Shown here one piece after another: positions 24,397 through 27,024 of a stretch of DNA of 27,024 bases (position 1 is its first letter; every line of letters starts with the position of its first letter). The DNA comes from a virus (lineage: Duplodnaviria > Heunggongvirae > Uroviricota > Caudoviricetes): the IMG/VR virus record IMGVR_UViG_3300049489_000540. One strand, 5' to 3'. Below the pieces are notes generated by a model that saw only the letters and a program-made list of their open reading frames with translations, was not told the origin of the DNA and did not search any database. The position numbers and the translations under genes are program-made.

Positions 24397-24432
24397 AAGC
24401 AAGCCGCTGGAGGTTTCCCCAGCGGCTTGCTT
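24397..24432. terminator. terminator-like hairpin between convergent blocks
   Basis: AAGCAAGCCGCTGG...CCAGCGGCTTGCTT 14-bp stem. Confidence 0.75.
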
Positions 24433-24451
24433 CGGGCTTGGTCCTGGTCCC

Positions 24452-24949
24452 TTAGATCGCCACCCCGTTGATGTGGGTGATGCTCTCCACGGTCACGTTG
24501 AAGACCTCGTTCTTGCCGTCCTCGCGGTCCTTGGGCAGTTCGCTGGCGAGGGCACCGACCAGAGCCTCGTCGCGGCTGATTTCGACACCGTTGCGGAGGT
24601 AGGTCACCTTGGTCGGGTTGCCGTCGAAGCGGGTGCAGCGGATCTGGTGCTTGCCCGACTTGATGCCGCGCAGCAGATGCGGGAAGGCGACCCACTCCAT
24701 GCCGTTCAGACCAGCGTTCTCAGCGGGCAGCACACCCTCTTCACGGGCGACCCGCACCGCACCGATGTTGTCGTAGTTGACCCCGATGCGGGTCTGGAAC
24801 TTGCTGACCTTGAGGGTCGGGACGCCAGCGGCGTCCTTGCGGTACTTGACGGGGCGCTCCGTCTGGAGGGTCACGATCTGACCCGTGAGGGTCAGCAGCT
24901 TGGCGACGGGGGCGGGGAGGTTGGCGGGGATGGAGTCGATGGCGCTCAT
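24452..24949 (-). CDS. hypothetical protein
   Basis: 165 aa, GC-rich; promoter at 24996 and AAGGA SD. Confidence 0.85.
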   Translation of the reverse strand: MSAIDSIPANLPAPVAKLLTLTGQIVTLQTERPVKYRKDAAGVPTLKVSKFQTRIGVNYDNIGAVRVAREEGVLPAENAGLNGMEWVAFPHLLRGIKSGKHQIRCTRFDGNPTKVTYLRNGVEISRDEALVGALASELPKDREDGKNEVFNVTVESITHINGVAI

Positions 24950-25173
24950 GGCGTGTCCTTGGTTGATGGGTCTAGCTTACCGTGTTCTTGGAAGATTGCA
25001 AGAGGGAGTTTTGCTTGAGTGGCTTTCTGTCGTTGCTCTGTTGACACTCTAGCAGCATCCGAGCAGGCTGGGTGCAATCGACGTTGCACGTTGTATGCTC
25101 TCCTTTCCATCCCTCCTACGGACGCAATGCGGGAACTGACAAAAGTATTTCCGAGGCTGCATGATCGAGTCAA

Positions 25174-25191
25174 TCACACACTGGATACGCC
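25174..25191 (-). promoter_or_regulatory. 18-bp GGCGTRTCC motif copy
   Basis: GGCGTATCCAGTGTGTGA. Confidence 0.75.
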
Positions 25192-25196
25192 GATCC

Positions 25197-25218
25197 GCCA
25201 CTCTCTTGCGAGAGTGGC
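25197..25218 (-). terminator. GCCACTCTC-GCAA-GAGAGTGGC hairpin (terminator-like, lacks U-tract)
   Basis: 9-bp stem just downstream of ORF 25231-25452. Confidence 0.5.
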
Positions 25219-25230
25219 AAGCCCCGTGCG

Positions 25231-25452
25231 CTAGGCGCGGGTGCAGTCCTCGACGCCTTCGAGTTCCGCCAGCCACGCCGGGGCGTCGATGGCGACCTCG
25301 CCGCCGCGCTCGATCAGCAGCCCCAGCAGCGCCCGCGCCTGGCTGGCTCGACCGTAGAGGTACGCCTGGGACGCGAGGGTGTCACCGGATTCGAGCTTCG
25401 TGCCGGCGATCCAGGCGTCGAGGGTGGCGGGGGTGATGTCTTTGTCGCTCAT
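25231..25452 (-). CDS. hypothetical protein
   Basis: Leaderless promoter at 25480. Confidence 0.85.
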   Translation of the reverse strand: MSDKDITPATLDAWIAGTKLESGDTLASQAYLYGRASQARALLGLLIERGGEVAIDAPAWLAELEGVEDCTRA

Positions 25453-25518
25453 GTTTGTACTTTATCACACTCTCGAAAAAGTCAACATCGAGTTGCTATC
25501 GAGCTACCATCAAGTGGC

Positions 25519-25536
25519 TCACACATCGGATACGCC
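25519..25536 (-). promoter_or_regulatory. 18-bp GGCGTRTCC motif copy
   Basis: GGCGTATCCGATGTGTGA, 33 nt upstream of -35 at 25480. Confidence 0.75.
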
Positions 25537-25547
25537 GCGCCTGGTCG

Positions 25548-25582
25548 ATGAAAACGAAGAAACCCAGCCGAGTGGCTGGGCT
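25548..25582 (-). terminator. intrinsic terminator
   Basis: CCCAGCC-ACTC-GGCTGGG followed by TTTCTTCGTTTT; tail identical to that at about 10705. Confidence 0.65.
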
Positions 25583-25605
25583 TCGTTCTACGAGCAGCTT
25601 GCGAG

Positions 25606-25815
25606 CTACTTGACCTCGCGCACCCGCTGGGCGACCTCCAGCCGCTTCTGGACCTCCAGCGGCACCGCCAGCAGCTTGCCCAGCGCCTTCCACGCACCCG
25701 TGGACAGCACCTCGATGCGCGTCCCCGCACGGACCAGCACCACATCGCCGGGCTTGCCCGTGGCGAGGGCGATGCCCTTGGTGTCGGTGACGGAGAGGAT
25801 GCGAGCGAGAGCCAT
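25606..25815 (-). CDS. hypothetical protein (start MALAR)
   Basis: Promoter at 25866 and AAGGA SD. Confidence 0.8.
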   Translation of the reverse strand: MALARILSVTDTKGIALATGKPGDVVLVRAGTRIEVLSTGAWKALGKLLAVPLEVQKRLEVAQRVREVK

Positions 25816-25867
25816 GGGTCGGTTCCTTGGTTGGTTGTGTTTGTACTCTACCAGCTTCTTGGAAAAG

Positions 25868-26152
25868 TCAAGCCTTCGCTTCCCAGCCATTGCAGCCGAA
25901 CGTCGAAGGCGGGCGGAATGAACTGTTGAGGTTGGTATCATCATCAGCCGATGCCTCTACATGCGAAGCAGCGGGACCGTCGCACTCCATATGGATTACA
26001 TATGAAAAATATGTCCGAGAAGTCTTGACCTCACGGTAGAACTTGCACGTTGCGCATGTCTTGGGCTGGACCTCTCCGCACTTCTCGCACTTGAGGCTGT
26101 CCCCGACCAGATGGAAGGGACCGCACGGACCATTGCATGCAATCTGGCTCAT
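25868..26152 (-). CDS. Cys-rich hypothetical protein (start MSQIA)
   Basis: ATGA overlap; CEKC, CATC; TGA in next -35. Confidence 0.75.
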   Translation of the reverse strand: MSQIACNGPCGPFHLVGDSLKCEKCGEVQPKTCATCKFYREVKTSRTYFSYVIHMECDGPAASHVEASADDDTNLNSSFRPPSTFGCNGWEAKA

Positions 26153-26484
26153 CCCAGCGTCCGCTCCAAGATGCCGTCCCGACCGCCGAGGTTGTCGCAG
26201 TACACATCCGAGGCGTCCAGCACCATCTTGCCACGGCATGTGATGATCCGCACCGTGTAGGTGTCGGAGGCGTTCAGCGTGATCATCACTTGCGCATGGA
26301 CCTTGACCTTGGGGTTGGGGTTGACCTTGAAGGTCACGCCGCCGAGGATGCCCCGAGCATCGTCACGGGGCACGATGGTCGGCTTGTGCATGCCAATGCA
26401 CATGAGCGTTCCGCCGAAGCCGCGCCCACACTGGTCGAGGATGGTGTTGGCGATGTTGCGGGGATCGCGGGGATCGTTGCTCAT
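26149..26484 (-). CDS. hypothetical protein
   Basis: Leaderless promoter at 26513. Confidence 0.85.
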   Translation of the reverse strand: MSNDPRDPRNIANTILDQCGRGFGGTLMCIGMHKPTIVPRDDARGILGGVTFKVNPNPKVKVHAQVMITLNASDTYTVRIITCRGKMVLDASDVYCDNLGGRDGILERTLG

Positions 26485-26547
26485 GTTTGTACTCTACCAG
26501 GCTCCCAGAAAAATGCAACATCGAGTTGCGACCAGGCAGCGACCCCA

Positions 26548-26565
26548 TCACACACCAGATACGCC
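26548..26565 (-). promoter_or_regulatory. 18-bp GGCGTRTCC motif copy
   Basis: GGCGTATCTGGTGTGTGA, 29 nt upstream of -35 at 26513. Confidence 0.7.
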
Positions 26566-26569
26566 CGTC

Positions 26570-26589
26570 GCCACTCCTTGCGGAGTGGC
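26570..26589 (-). terminator. GCCACTCC-GCAA-GGAGTGGC hairpin (terminator-like, lacks U-tract)
   Basis: 8-bp stem just downstream of HTH gene. Confidence 0.5.
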
Positions 26590-26603
26590 TGGGGGAGCGG
26601 CTA

Positions 26604-26855
26604 TCAAGCCGCCTTGCGCTTGACCAGCATCGGCATGCGGTGGACGCCGACGATGCCCTTCTTCGGGCTGAAGATCAGCAGCGAGCCGTAGCGACGGCTG
26701 GACGGGATGTGGCGGGTGTACTTGTAGACGGTCGGCATGCTGATGCCCGTGGCGCGTGCGATTTCCATCAGCGACATGTCGGTGAAGGACCGCAGATACA
26801 GGATCGTGCGGACCAGCTTGGGGTTGATGGAAGCGAGAGTGGGGCGACCGCGCAT
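26604..26855 (-). CDS. helix-turn-helix DNA-binding protein
   Basis: MSLMEIARATGISMPTVYKY HTH signature; promoter at 26904 and AAAGGA SD. Confidence 0.8.
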   Translation of the reverse strand: MRGRPTLASINPKLVRTILYLRSFTDMSLMEIARATGISMPTVYKYTRHIPSSRRYGSLLIFSPKKGIVGVHRMPMLVKRKAA

Positions 26856-26941
26856 GGCGATTCCTTTGGGGTTGTGGGTGATACCTTACCAGGATCCTGG
26901 GAAAGTCAACTAGGTGCGATTCGAGAATAGTACATCGAGAA

Positions 26942-26959
26942 TGATACACCGGACACGCC
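26942..26959 (-). promoter_or_regulatory. 18-bp GGCGTRTCC motif copy
   Basis: GGCGTGTCCGGTGTATCA, 32 nt upstream of -35 at 26904. Confidence 0.75.
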
Positions 26960-27024
26960 GTATGCCAGGTGGACATATAATGGGGAATATGAATATATGA
27001 GGGTGATATACGGGGGAATATAAG

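Larger units (their letters stand above)
810..26909. promoter_or_regulatory. Dispersed family of 47 sigma70-like promoter modules (TTGACW-15/16-TANNNT), mostly leaderless
   Basis: -35 box left coordinates on +: 810,2080,2578,3059,4168,4623,4934,5627,12855,22286,22547,23226,23703. On -: 7248,7584,8163,8969,9637,10684,10832,11359,11549,11921,12204,12781,14387,14889,15971,16679,17208,17752,18310,18779,18960,19482,20048,20491,20757,21014,21322,21702,22264,24996,25480,25866,26513,26904. Typical copy: TTGACT TTTCCAAAAGTCTGA TAGAGT ACAAAC ATG (4623-4658). Confidence 0.9.

Noticed and set aside
810-26909. CRISPR array or integron attC array
   Set aside because: The repeats are promoter-shaped and separated by whole genes. 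They lack constant-length spacers and the R''/R' inverted-core structure of attC, and no cas or intI gene is in the window.
1-27024. tRNA, tmRNA or rRNA genes
   Set aside because: I found no cloverleaf with a T-loop (GTTCRA) and matching acceptor stem, and no rRNA signature sequences.

Overview
This 27 kb window looks like the accessory or early region of a large dsDNA phage genome. It holds about 77 mostly small, tightly packed hypothetical ORFs in alternating strand blocks, with no structural, replication or housekeeping genes. The dominant feature is a repeated promoter module, TTGACW(TTTCC..)-15/16 bp-TANNNT, of which I counted 47 copies by eye. In 33 copies an ATG sits 6-7 nt after the -10 box (leaderless mRNAs), 11 have a short SD-containing leader, and 3 have no start codon at the expected start site. 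In 21 copies the TGA inside the -35 hexamer is the stop codon of the upstream gene, giving a promoter+gene cassette layout. A second 18-bp motif (GGCGTRTCCRNTGTRTSA, 11 copies) usually lies about 30 bp upstream of a -35 box. Three long ORF-free, highly base-paired stretches (about 5190-5630, 13874-14359, 17830-18140) and two short promoter-to-terminator units are candidate ncRNAs. Recognisable proteins are a C5 DNA methyltransferase, a split Dnd-associated-type methyltransferase, a SprT-like protease, an Ogg2-like HhH glycosylase, a cyclic-phosphate receiver domain, an HTH protein, a ribosomal bL12-CTD homolog and an RMF-like protein missed by the ORF track. All family calls are from motif recognition by eye; no database search was run.
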